From contig NW_015159726.1 of NCBI RefSeq assembly GCF_001447785.1, positions 769,988 to 833,987 on the forward strand: a stretch of 64,000 nt of DNA, in the 5' to 3' direction. How positions within the stretch are numbered: position 1 is the first letter of the stretch; each line of letters starts with the position of its first letter. This DNA comes from Gekko japonicus. Its lineage: Eukaryota. The notes beneath the pieces were generated by a model. The model was not told the DNA's origin. It saw only the letters and a list, made by a program, of their open reading frames with translations, and ran no database searches. Position numbers and translations under genes: made by a program. Below, one piece after another: positions 16,901-28,900 of the stretch.

Positions 16901-19900
16901 GGTTGCCATTTGAAAATACCCCCCCCCCAAACACAAGGTTTTTAAGTGTATGAAAAGACATCAGAACCTCTGTATGGTTTGGGTTCCTCTCTGCTGGAGT
17001 GCTGAACTCTGTTTTGACCATCAAGTGTAAAAACAAACACCCTTGCCTAGTAACTGGAAGGTCTTGAATTAGGCACCTTCCAGATTCCAGCTTTGTAAGT
17101 AATGTGGAATAATGACCTCCATACTCCATTGCCAATTCCCTCCCACCACAATCACTGCCCATGGGGCAGTCTCCCTTGCATCTTAAAAGGACAGGAGGTC
17201 AGTAGGTTAATGAAGATACCCTGTTTGAAAGTAGAAGTTATAAAGGTCTTTGGGTGTCACTTGTAGGGCTATCAAATTAGAGTGCTTTCAAATGAACTAG
17301 AATCTTGAAATCCATGTGTAGTCCAAGGTGCCCCAGTTACAAGAAAAATCTGAAAATGGGATATTGGTACATTTATCCTTCATTAGGTAGGGACTCAGGT
17401 TGCATTATAAAATGGTCAAGTACTTCCAAACCACATGGAATGCTGAAATTTGGCACCCACATAACACAAGACATACTGAGGTCCCTGCCACACGGGGGGG
17501 GGGATGCGCGGGCAAAGTGCGGCTTTTGAAAGCCGCACCAAAATAGGCACACAGCGGCGGGATCACACAGATCCCGTGAGCTGCCGCACACTTGCTCCCC
17601 AGCACGATCAGATGCCGGGGAGACCGGGGAGAAAGCCACGAAACAGAGAGGGAGGCTGCTGAAGTGCGCATGATTTGGAGATGGGAGTAAGCAGTGAAGT
17701 GGCTAAATTTGCGGATGATACAAAGTTGTTCAGGGTGGTGAAAACCAGTGAGGATTGTGAGGCACTCCAAGGGGATCTGTCAAGGATGGGCGAGTGGGCG
17801 TCAACATGGCAAATGGGGTTCAATGTGGCCAAGTGCAAGGTGATGCACATTGGAGCCAAAAATCCTAAATATAAATACACATTGATGGGGTCTGAACTGG
17901 CAGAGACTGAGCAAGAGAGAGATCTTGGAGTTGTAGTAGATAACTCACTGAAAATGTCGAGACAGTGTGTGACTGCAATAAAGAAGGCCAATGCTATGCT
18001 GGGGATTATTAGGAAGGGTGTTGAAAACAGATCAGCCAATATAATAATGCCCCTATATAAATCAATGGTGAGACCTCATTTGGAATACTGTGTGCAGTTC
18101 TGGGCACCACACCTTAAAAAGGATATTATAGCTTTGGAAAAAGTGCAGAAAAGGGCAACTCGAATGATAAAAGGGTTGGAACACTTTCCCTATGAGGAAA
18201 GGTTAAAGCGCTTAGGGCTCTTTAGCTTGGAGAAACGACGACTGAGGGGTGACATGATCGAGGTTTATAAGATTATGCATGGGAAAGAGCAGGTAAAGAA
18301 AGAGGTACTTTTCTCCCTTTCTCACAATACAAGAACTCGTGGGCACTCCATGAAACTGCAGAGCGGTCGGGTTAGAACGGATAAAAGGAAGTACTTCTTC
18401 ACCCAAAGAGTGATTAACGCATGGAATTCACTGCCACAGGAAGTGGTGGGTGCTACAAGCATGGACGGCTTCAAAAGGGAATTAGATAAGCATATGGAGC
18501 AGAGGTCCATCAGTGGCTATTAGCCACAAGGTATAGCTAGGGGCTCTGGGGCAAGTGATGCTCTGTCTTCTTGGTGCTTGGGGGGGGGTCAACAGTGGCT
18601 TCTAATGTCCTGGCCCCACTGCTGGACCTCCTGATGGCACTGGTATTTCTGGCCACTGTGTGACACAGAGTGTTGGACTGGATGGGCCTTTGGCCTGATC
18701 CAACATTGGCGTCTCTTATGTTCTTATGTGTGAGCATGCGCAGTTCAGCCAGGAGCCTCGGATGCGCCGGCAGAAGGACACGCCGGCAATCCCACGGCCG
18801 CGCTTGCCACGGCCTTTCTGGTAAGTCCACCTCTAGGGGTGGTTCTTTTTTGCAGCGGGTTTTCGGCCTGAAGGGCTGGATCGGGGACAGGTGCGTGCCG
18901 CTTCCCAGATGTTGCGGTGTGATTGCGCCTGTTTTCTGCGCCCCCGATCCGTCCCTCTCCCGGCCCAAACCCTTACGTGTGACCGGGGCCTGACAGTTAC
19001 TGAATATTGGAAGAGACATCTTTTAAATCTCCTCCTACAAATGAGGGCATCAAATAGACCCTCAGGTGACTAAAGTGTACGTAAACCATCTAGAAAATTG
19101 AAATTTAATAGAGAAAGTAGAGTAAATGGAACCATTTCTGAAACCTAACATAAAAAATGGGCTGTATATCTAATACATGTTAATGTTGTGTATAATTTGG
19201 TGAGATTTCAAGTCTCTAGTTTGCTTCTCTGCAACATTCTTACATATTTTATTTTTATAATCTTTAACTAAAGGGAATAGCATTGAAGTTTCATAGAATA
19301 ATCCTAAATAGGTCTATTCAGTGGGGCTTACTCCAAGGAAAGCATTCTTAGACTTGCCTCTGAAAAAATGTAGGCAATTTTCATGGTATTGTATGCATCA
19401 TACTATTTATTTTATTGTGTCCTGAATTTGTAACCCAGCTTTACTACACTGTTTCTTCTGTGTATTGTACTGTTCTTATTGTACTGAATCCTCAGGTTTT
19501 ATTAATCCTGTTTTATTGGATCGTTGTAGACTTTATACTGCCATTTTTGCCTTGTTCTCTAATTTTGTAATTCTCATATAATGATTGTTTGTGTAGTACT
19601 GTTCTTTATTACATTTTTAATGATGTAATCCACCTTGAGTCTCAGAGATAATGGCAGACTATAAATGAGCTAAGTAAATAAATCTTCAAGTGATAATTTT
19701 CAACTCAGTCTAATGTTTTTCTTCTTGTTTTGTGTGATATATTTGAACAGTAATAGGAATGTGTTATATTTTCAGGGATTCTGGGAGAAACTGCAAGGTT
19801 TTTGCTTTCAGCAAAGATGGTTCCTTCTTTGCTTGGTGCAATGGAGAACAGTCAGTACATCTTTTATTATTTCTTACCCTTGTTAAGATGTGTGAGGCTG

Positions 19901-22900
19901 TGCATTTAGTTATACATAAAGCGTGTATACAAAATTGGTTAAATAAATATTCCAATTGTTTTACATTCTTCAGACTATTTAAAACTTTCCAATCAATTCT
20001 TCCAGCTGTAAACATTTCATAGGCTGAAGCCCTATAAAATCAGTTACTGAAAATTCTGCATGTAGAATAATGTAACAGGGCCTGATCACTTAGTTTCCAG
20101 TGGATTTGGAAAGTGCTCTGGAAGAAGAAGGAGGAGGAGGAGGAGGAGGAGGAGGAGGAGGAGGAGGGATTGAATCTATACCCCGCCCTTCACTACCCAA
20201 AGGTGTCTCAGAGCGGCTTACAAACTCCTTTCCCTTCCCCTCCCCGCAACAGACACCCTGTGAGGTAGGTGGGGCTGAGAGAACTCTTGACAGAAACTGC
20301 TCTTTTTCAAGAACAGCTGTGCCAGAGTTATGGCTTGTCCAAGGTCATCCAGCCAGGTGCAAGTGGAGGAGTGGGGAATCAAACCCGGTTCTCCCAGATT
20401 AGAGCCCGCGCACTTAACCACTACACCAAACTGACTATCATTCAGAATGTATTGGAAACATTTTTACAGTAAAAATATCAGTCACAGAAGGTCATAAGAA
20501 GGAGTCCACATATGCATCACTGTTGCATTTTTTGGGGGGGGTAAGATTTCTCCCGTCCTTCTCCTAAGCCCTGAGAAGGGTAGAGTAATTGTCACACGAG
20601 ATGTCTTGCTGCTTATTTATTTATTTAGGAAATTTCTGTGCTGCTTCTCTGGTGTCCTCTTTATGCTCGCTCACAATTAAAATAATAAAATATCAGTGTA
20701 AAAACAAACAAGCTTTTCATCAGTTTGAAATTTAGAAGATTCCTGTAGCCTTCTCTTGAGCTTGGAGAACGTCTTAGGTCATTAGACTGTGCCGAAGAGG
20801 CTCAGCATGAGAGACATGAGCACTCCCCCCTGGGGGGAGCTTGCTCCTGCTGTTTGGATGATGGCCCTCAGAAATATTTCTGATGCTGACTGTGACATTA
20901 CGATCAACACCTGTCCCCATTGGAGGCAGGAAGCAGGGTTGTGGAGGAAGCGTAGTTTTGTGCCCAGATTTGTTGACCCTTCTTCATAAGCAAAAGCTGT
21001 TTGAGCAGTCTCTCAGATTGTTACCACAGTCAGTGGCAAATTTTCCTTGTGTCACACGTGTCATGATTCTATAGCGTCTCAGAAGTAAATGATACTGATA
21101 TCAGTGGGAGCTGCTGTTAAGTGTGCTTAGGACTGTAGTGGTGTTATGACAATTCACTACAGTTCAGTAACCCTTTGTGCACCACTTGGGTAGTTAGCTT
21201 ATTCATCCCTTGCTGAAGAACCTTAAAGGATTTTTAGTGTTGTAGACCTAAAGTGCGTGGACTCCAATCTGGGAGAACCGGTTTTGATTCCCTACTCCTC
21301 TACTTGCACCTGCTGATGTGATTGTGGGTCAGTCACAAGCTCTGGCACAGCTGTCCTTCAAAAGGAGCAGTTTCTGTCAAGAGCTCTCTCAGCCCCGCCT
21401 ACCTCCCAGGGTGTCTGTTGTGGGGAGGGGAAGGGAAAGGAGTTTGTAAGCTCCTCTGAGACTCCTTTGGGTAGTGAAGGGCGGGGTATAAATCCAATCT
21501 CTTCTCTTCTTCTTCTAAATGCCTTTAGTCCTGCCTGCAGTCTCATTGAAATAAATTGATTTAAGCATGGGTGAGGTTGTAGTTTTTGAACTTTGAATGA
21601 ATAATTATGATGCATCCCCCCACCCCCCCCTGTGCTGTCGAGGGGAGATATTACATCATTCTATTTTGCCCCCCATATGTGCATGTGAGTGCACCTGGAA
21701 GTCATGGCAACCTCTGGTGACTGACCCCTAATGGGGGCTTGGAGAATATTCAGAGAGGTGGGCTGGATAAAGCCTGCCCCCGCCTCCCGACTGCTGGTAT
21801 TCCAAGGAGGTCTCCCATCCAAGTACTTGCCAGAGTCGACCCTGCTTAGCTTCAGAGATCTGATGAGATCGGGATTGCCTGGGCTATCCAGGTCAGGGCC
21901 ATTCTGTGTTTGTAAGGAAGTTATGTGATATACACAGGGCACCTTTAATCTCAATTAACATACAGTATATTTGGCTATGTGCCAGCTTGAAATGTGCTCT
22001 TGGTCTACTTTTCTGGAGAGATTTGGGGATGGAGGACAGATGCTTAAAGGAAAACTTTCTTGTGACAGTCCATTGCAATGCGACTTTTGCATGTGCTCTG
22101 TCTCAAGGACACAGTAGTGAAAATATATGCCCAAATATGTGTACCCAAGCATTTGGAGGCTTGGGGCTCAGTGATATCTCATGAACCATTTAATTTTCTA
22201 ATGTTCCAGAATTTAGTTGTGCTATGAAATGAAAAATTGTGCTTTTGTGTTGTTTTAAGACTGAAAAGATTTAGAACGGCACAGCTAAAACATGGCAGGT
22301 CTAAGACTGAAATCTGGCTATTAATTAACCAGTCTAATCAAGCTATGTTGAAGTGACCTCTCTCTTTTTTTGGTTCCAGAATAAACATTGTGAATGTCAC
22401 CAGCAACAAATTACTGCACTCTTTTGATCTGCCAAAGACCGTTTGCCTTGAATTCTCTCCAAAGGGCAATGTCCTGGCAACATGGCAGCCCTACACAAGT
22501 GAGTGCATCAGACGTCTGCCATAGCTGCCCTCGTTGCTACAAGCATTCCTGGGTTGAGCTGTAGGACAGGAAAGAGCCTTCTCCTGAAGGATTTAGCACA
22601 TTGTTAGTATACCACTCTGGCGCCTCCCTTTTCTTCCTTCCCATTGCTATCTTCTGCAGTAGCAAAATTTAGAACATCAATAACTCAATAATGTATGATG
22701 AAAGCATATGTGCCAGGAATTTCCTCTCTGACTTATGAGACTATTGTTATAATACAGAAAAGAACCATAACTGTTGAAAGGGGCCCCAAAACACTATATC
22801 CAGAATCCATACTCATCTGTGCATCCCTCCTCCCATGTCACCCCAGCATACAATGAATGGAAAACAGGTTCACTATGACACTAGTAACCGCATGTGAAAA

Positions 22901-25900
22901 CAGGCAAACCATGGAAGGATTTGTGCCAAAAAAATAAGCCTTTACATAGGGCTGCCAAGCCGCGGCGGGGGATCCGTGCGTCGTCACAGGATCCCTGCCA
23001 CAGGGGGACAGCACAACGCCGGTGCAGCGCGTATCGCTGTCCCCCCGCGGCAGGGATCCTGTGACGATGCACGGATCCCCCGCCGCGGCTTGGCAGCCCT
23101 ACCTTTACATCAGAGTTTTAGTTTCTGGTTTTGTTTGTTTTTGTCAACGAATGGTGCTCAAGGCAGTTCTCAAGGAGGAAAAAATTAACTACCTCTCCCT
23201 GAAAAATATATTAAAATCCTGAGAGCAATTCGTCCTATAACAAACAGCAATCAGTATGTATGAAAAAAGAAAGTCTTCAGGCTGCTCTGGAAGGCCTGAA
23301 GGGATGGTGTGAATCTCACCTTCTGGCAAAAGGAGGTCCACATTCTCTCGCACTGGTCCCCACCAGCCTAACTTCAGATAAAACAGGTTCTTATAAAAAG
23401 GCCCTGCCTTGAGGGGAGGGGGTGTTAGACCTGGGAGTGGTGAGGGTAGTAGCAGAACCAGCCTTGCTAGCATGCATGTTCATTAAGGCATTTAACAGTT
23501 TGCATCAGGCTGGGAAAGGCGACTGAGAGGCGATTGTAGAGGCCACTGGTACCATTGCTGCCTGTTTATTGCAGCTGGTAAAGATGGTGCAGCTGGGGTG
23601 CCCAACCTCCAAGTGTTCGATATGAAAACTGGCAATTCTTCGAAGTCCTTCATCCAGAAGAAGCTGCAAAACTGGTAAGGGAGCATCTCCAACAACGTAT
23701 TAATAAAACGTGGTTTGAAAATGCATGCTTAGTATCTGCTTCAGTTGTGCAGTTTGTCATATCCAAAATCAGTGGTCATTTTAAATGGTTGTGCATTCAC
23801 CGCCAGAACCATGCTGAGGTTGTGTATTATATTTTTGATTTACTATATTTTTATCCTGCCCTTACTCCAAGGAGCTCAGGGTGGTGTAGTCTCCTCCATT
23901 TTACCCTCACAGCAGCCCTGTGACGTAGGTTAGGTAGAGAGTTTGTGACTGGTCCAAGATCACCCGGCAAGCATCCATAGAAGAGTGGGGCTTTGAACCC
24001 AGATCTTAGTCTGACATTTTAACCGCTGTACGATATTACTAAACATAAAAGTGTGGGAACAATATTCTTGAGGCCCAGATAACAACTGCTACTTTCTTGG
24101 GTTTTTATATTCTCTTCCTTCTTTTTGTTTTCCCCCCTTCTCTAATCATTAGGTGTCCTTGCTGGTCAGATGATGAAAGCATATGTGCCAGGAGTGTTAA
24201 CAATGAACTGCACTTTTTTGAAAACAACGACTTCAGTACGCAACACCCTTTCTTGTACTCTAGATAAGCTTTCCCCTAAGTCTTCTCTTTTTGCTTTCTT
24301 TCATTTTCATTAGTTCTCTTGTGTGTGTTTTTTGCTACTGGCTTGTAGCTTTCCACTTCTAAGATTTGAAAGAATCAGAGCATTCCTTCGGCATGTGGGT
24401 ATAACTGTGAAAAGCTCCCTTGGCTTTCTAAGATATTCACATCTGCTTTTTCTTAGTGGCTTGGCTGGAAAGATTTCAGCCAGGTGCGATTTCTCCACTT
24501 CCCCTCTCCCGCTGTAGCCCAGAATGCTCCCTTGAAGTGCTGCTGGTGGGGGGAGCAGGGGGAGCCCCAGGAACAGCATTGGGGGGGGGGTTGGAGATCT
24601 GCCAGGGGAAATCAGTGACAATCCACCCTCACTTGTGCATGAGGAAATGATCATCAGGATCCAACTCAGTGTATATTTGGGAAACGCTGGGAACATTGGA
24701 AATGTTCTAGCAAAGTTCCTAGAAAATGAGTGTCACAGGGGGCAACACATGGCCAGGGAGGTAGAAGAATATCTTTAGCTACGGATGCTTGAGGCATCAA
24801 GGCAGAAAAACTGAAGGGGAAAACTTGAGATTGACAACAGAGGCCTGAAGGAGAAGCTGCAACTAATCATGGCTGTGATGCTTAAACAGGGAGGGACACC
24901 AGACAGCTCAGGCCCAACCAAACCTAAGCTGCCAGAGAGGTGTGTTAGCTAAGCAGCGAACAGTCACTGAGGGTGCTGCTGCAGCTAAATGGACCTGGTG
25001 CAGCTGCTCTGACCGTGTCTGCTGCAGTACCAGTGCCTGGATACAAATGGATTTGCGAGGCCTGACTGCATGGTGCGGCGGAGTAGTGGATCATGCTCAG
25101 AGATGGAATTATGTGTATCTGTTCTAGCATTAGCTTTTGTTGGGAGTTGAGGGAGGAAGTCGCTTGGTGCTTGAAGAGTGAATTTAGGAGCAGAATGTCC
25201 TATATTCTGGGTCTCTAAAAAGCTAGAGCACTTGGGTTACCAGAGTAAAATCTGCTTGAGGGGTGGGGGGTGGGCTTTTGGCCTACTTCTGAACATAGCT
25301 GAGCACAGATAAGACAGAGCAAAGGCCTTGGTTTGACTTCCTGTGGTGCTTTAAGTAGCAGCTGAATATTTTTTGTGTTTGCTTTCATGATGAAGATGCT
25401 CTCCTAAATCTAGCCAGTTTGGTTGGCTCTTTAAAGACTTAAGGAAAGCTTTTGGTATATTTCTAATAATTTAGCATTGGGGAATATAATCATATTTTAA
25501 TGTATCACATTTGCATAATCTTGAGAATATCTAGTGTTTGGATACACTTGCTTCAAAGTGGGTACTCTACCAAGAGCTGCTTTACAATGATATAATTTTA
25601 CTTCTAGGTAGTGTAGGCTTCTTAACACGATCTAGCAAAGCACCACTTCATAGGCAGTGTTATTAACCCGAGTACAATTATGTTGTTGCAGGTACAATTG
25701 CAAATAAACTGCATTTGCAGAAAGTCAGCGATTTTGTGATATCACCAGGAGAGCAGCCGAGCAAGGTGCCTTCATTGATTTTTTTTTAAAAAAAATTCAA
25801 TTCCGCTTTTGTTGAGATGTAAGACTTTTGATGTTATTGCACTACTGAAGTGAAACATTTGTTGGTACAGGTGGCAGTCTATGTCCCTGGAAGCAAGGGG

Positions 25901-28900
25901 GCTCCGTCTTTCGTCAGACTCTATCAGTATCCTGTCTTTGGAGGCCCGCAAGCTGCACTGGCCAACAAGAGTTTCTTTAAGGCTGATAAGGTGGCACTGC
26001 TGTGGAATAGTAACGGTATTACAAATGTCACATTTTCCCCCTTTTATCCATCAGCTTAAGCCTATCAACTCTCTGTGTTATCCAGCTGTATAACTAATAC
26101 AGATGTCTTTGTGTGTAATCTCAAACACCAAAAGCAGTGTTTTAATATGGGTTTAACATCCTAGCAGAATTAGTAACAAGTGAATAACCCGGAACCCCAC
26201 TCCCCTGGCTTGACTTGGGGGGAAATTATTGTTTGTGACAATTCCTGTCAAATGCTATGAAAATGTTGAGGGTTTTTTTTTGTTTTTGTGCTCATGGCAG
26301 CAGTGCTCACAAAAAATGAAAAGGGGAAAACTGTGGTCCCCACCTTGTTTGAGAGGTTCTCTTCCCCTTTTCAAACCAATTACAAAACCTTACCTTTGTG
26401 AAAGAGGAGGGGGTAACTGGTGGCAAGGAACACTTATTAGACATAAGAGAGCCTATTTTCTTCCAGGGATTATGGGATTTGCAGTTTTCTGTGCCTCCCG
26501 ATTCAGTTCAGGAACAAAAGGGTCAGAGATCCCTTCCTTTCATGTCCCAGAGATATGTTATGCATGGCTGGAAGGTGCTACTTACAAAGTAGAGCTAGTC
26601 CAGTGGCTACATCCTGTAGTTTGTCTTGAATGTTCAAATATCCCTGTTGGAATCACTACCCTGATCTAAGTTTTCATGACATCTAAATTGCCCTTTTCTG
26701 TACAGACTTAAATTTCAGAATGTTATTGAATAGCTTTGTTTATAAATCTAGTTATATTTTCTACCTGAATAGCCACAGCTGTGCTCGTAATCGCCAGTAC
26801 AGAAGTTGACAAAACAGGAGCCTCATATTACGGAGAACAAACTTTGCATTACATTGCAACAAATGGGGAAAGCGCTGTCGTACAACTACGTAAGTGATCG
26901 TTCTCTGAATTGTATGGCGACCTTGAAATTTTTCTAATGTGGATAAAGCAAACCTTTCTCTGCTGTGTTTGCTCTCACTACCAACCTGCACTGACAACAT
27001 TTCTGTGGAGACTCAAACATGTGGGCTATTATGCTGATTCACATGGAATGAGGTGTGTAAGAGGTGAAACTGAAGTTGTGATTCATAGAAAGGAGATGGG
27101 AAGCATGGGGCACTGAACCCAGGAGCTTGTTCCCTGGGGCGTGGTTGAAACTGGGGGTCGGCCAAGTAGAAGCACTCCCCTGTGGAACACTTGCCAAGTG
27201 TCTCTTTTAACAAGGGCTGCTAGTGTAGCTGCTTTGCATGGGTCACATCCCAGTTTAAACAAGATTCTGCACGAGTCAAAATCCTGCACTGGAGGGCCTC
27301 AGCTGCCATCATGCTTCAGCTGTGCCTGAGGCTTGAACTCGGAAATACTTGGTTCATTAGGGCATTCAGTTGATTAATGGGTTCGGCCCCCTCCGTAACT
27401 TTCCTTTAAGCAATGAATTCAATGTGACAATAAAAATGTACCTTGCAGGGCCTCAGTAAAACTGAGATTTTGAGCATGTGGTTCAGGTTCTATCTGACAG
27501 GTATGTCTGGACAGGCTGCAGGACCTTCTGATGCCCCACAGCCTTTTGCTGCTTGTCAGACTTACTGGGGGCACCTTTTAACCTTAGAACCAAAGACCTG
27601 GAAGGGGCCATACAGCCCAACTAGTCCAACCCCCTGATCAATGCAGGATTAGCCTAAAGCGTCCCTGACAAATGTTAGTCCAGCCACTGATTGAAGATTG
27701 CCAGTGAGGGGGAGCTCACCTCCCTAGGCAGCCGATTCCACCGCTGAACTACTTACTGTAAAAAAAATAAATCCTTAATATCCAGCTAGTACCTTTCCGC
27801 TCATGATTTAAACCCATTATTGCAAGTCCAATCCTCTGCCTGCCAACAGGAACAGCTCCCTGCCCTTTCAAATACTTAGAGAGCAGTCATGTCCCCCCTC
27901 AACCTCCTCCTCTTCAGACTGAATATTCCCAAGTCCCTCAATTTTGCCTCTTAGGACTTGATCTCCAAACCCCTAAATATCCTTGTCACTCTCTTCTGCA
28001 CCCATTCAGTTTTGTCAGTGAGGCCTCCAGAACTGTAAACTTAAACTTCAGTGAATTCATTACAGTGACAAATCTGTACCCAGCCGTTCTTAAGTAAGAT
28101 TTCAGGACTAATGGGGCTGAAAGCAGCTTGGGATAGTCTTTGTGCCACATGATATTGTTAAACTGGTGCTTTGCCCATCATTGGTTGGTCTGGCTGCTGC
28201 TCTTAAGCAGACTTTAATTCATTTGTTGGGCTTGTTTGTTCCATTGATGAAATGTTCGCTGACTGCTTGCCAGCCCAAAGCAGCCAACAGCAGTGCTTTA
28301 GGATCCTTGCCAATCCACACCATTTATTATATAGCCCAGGCAGGCAGCAAAAAGAGGAGGTGGCTGAGTTCATGGTAAGCAACCATACATGGCTGGAAGG
28401 GGGAATCTGGCTTGGCAGGTCACAAGTGGGTGGTGGCTTGGCCTTAAAATCTGGCACCCCCAAGGATCTTCATGCATCCTTCTTTTTTACACCACCAAAA
28501 TAAATTCAGGGAGTCTCTCCAAGGAATACTCTGAGGAGAGATTTCTTGTTAGCAGAACATTGTGTGTGCGCATGTGTGTAGTTTTGATCTTAATGCCAAA
28601 CATTTTTTAAAAAAACACCTTATAATACCACAAAATGAAAGATGCTTAGCAGGTAACAGAACTTGCAGTGAAGTTCCATTGGAATCCAATGTTCCCTCTA
28701 AGATGTGGAGTCTTGTGAGCAAAAATTCTGCTTTGTGAGCTACTGGCATTAAAGTTGTGAGCGAGCAATTTGGCTACTGCATAAATTAGTTTGCTCTGGA
28801 GCCATCCTTCCTGAGCTAAGACAAAAATGTGTGAGCTGGAGGCTAAAAAACTGAGCTAGCTCACACTAACTCAGCTTAGAGGGAACACTGATTGTAACAG

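Noticed and set aside
22695-22735. C/D box snoRNA (ATGATGA ... CTGA) in EIF2A intron 4
   Set aside because: The boxes are only about 30 nt apart with no terminal stem, and the C-box-like text is part of the exon 6 copy.
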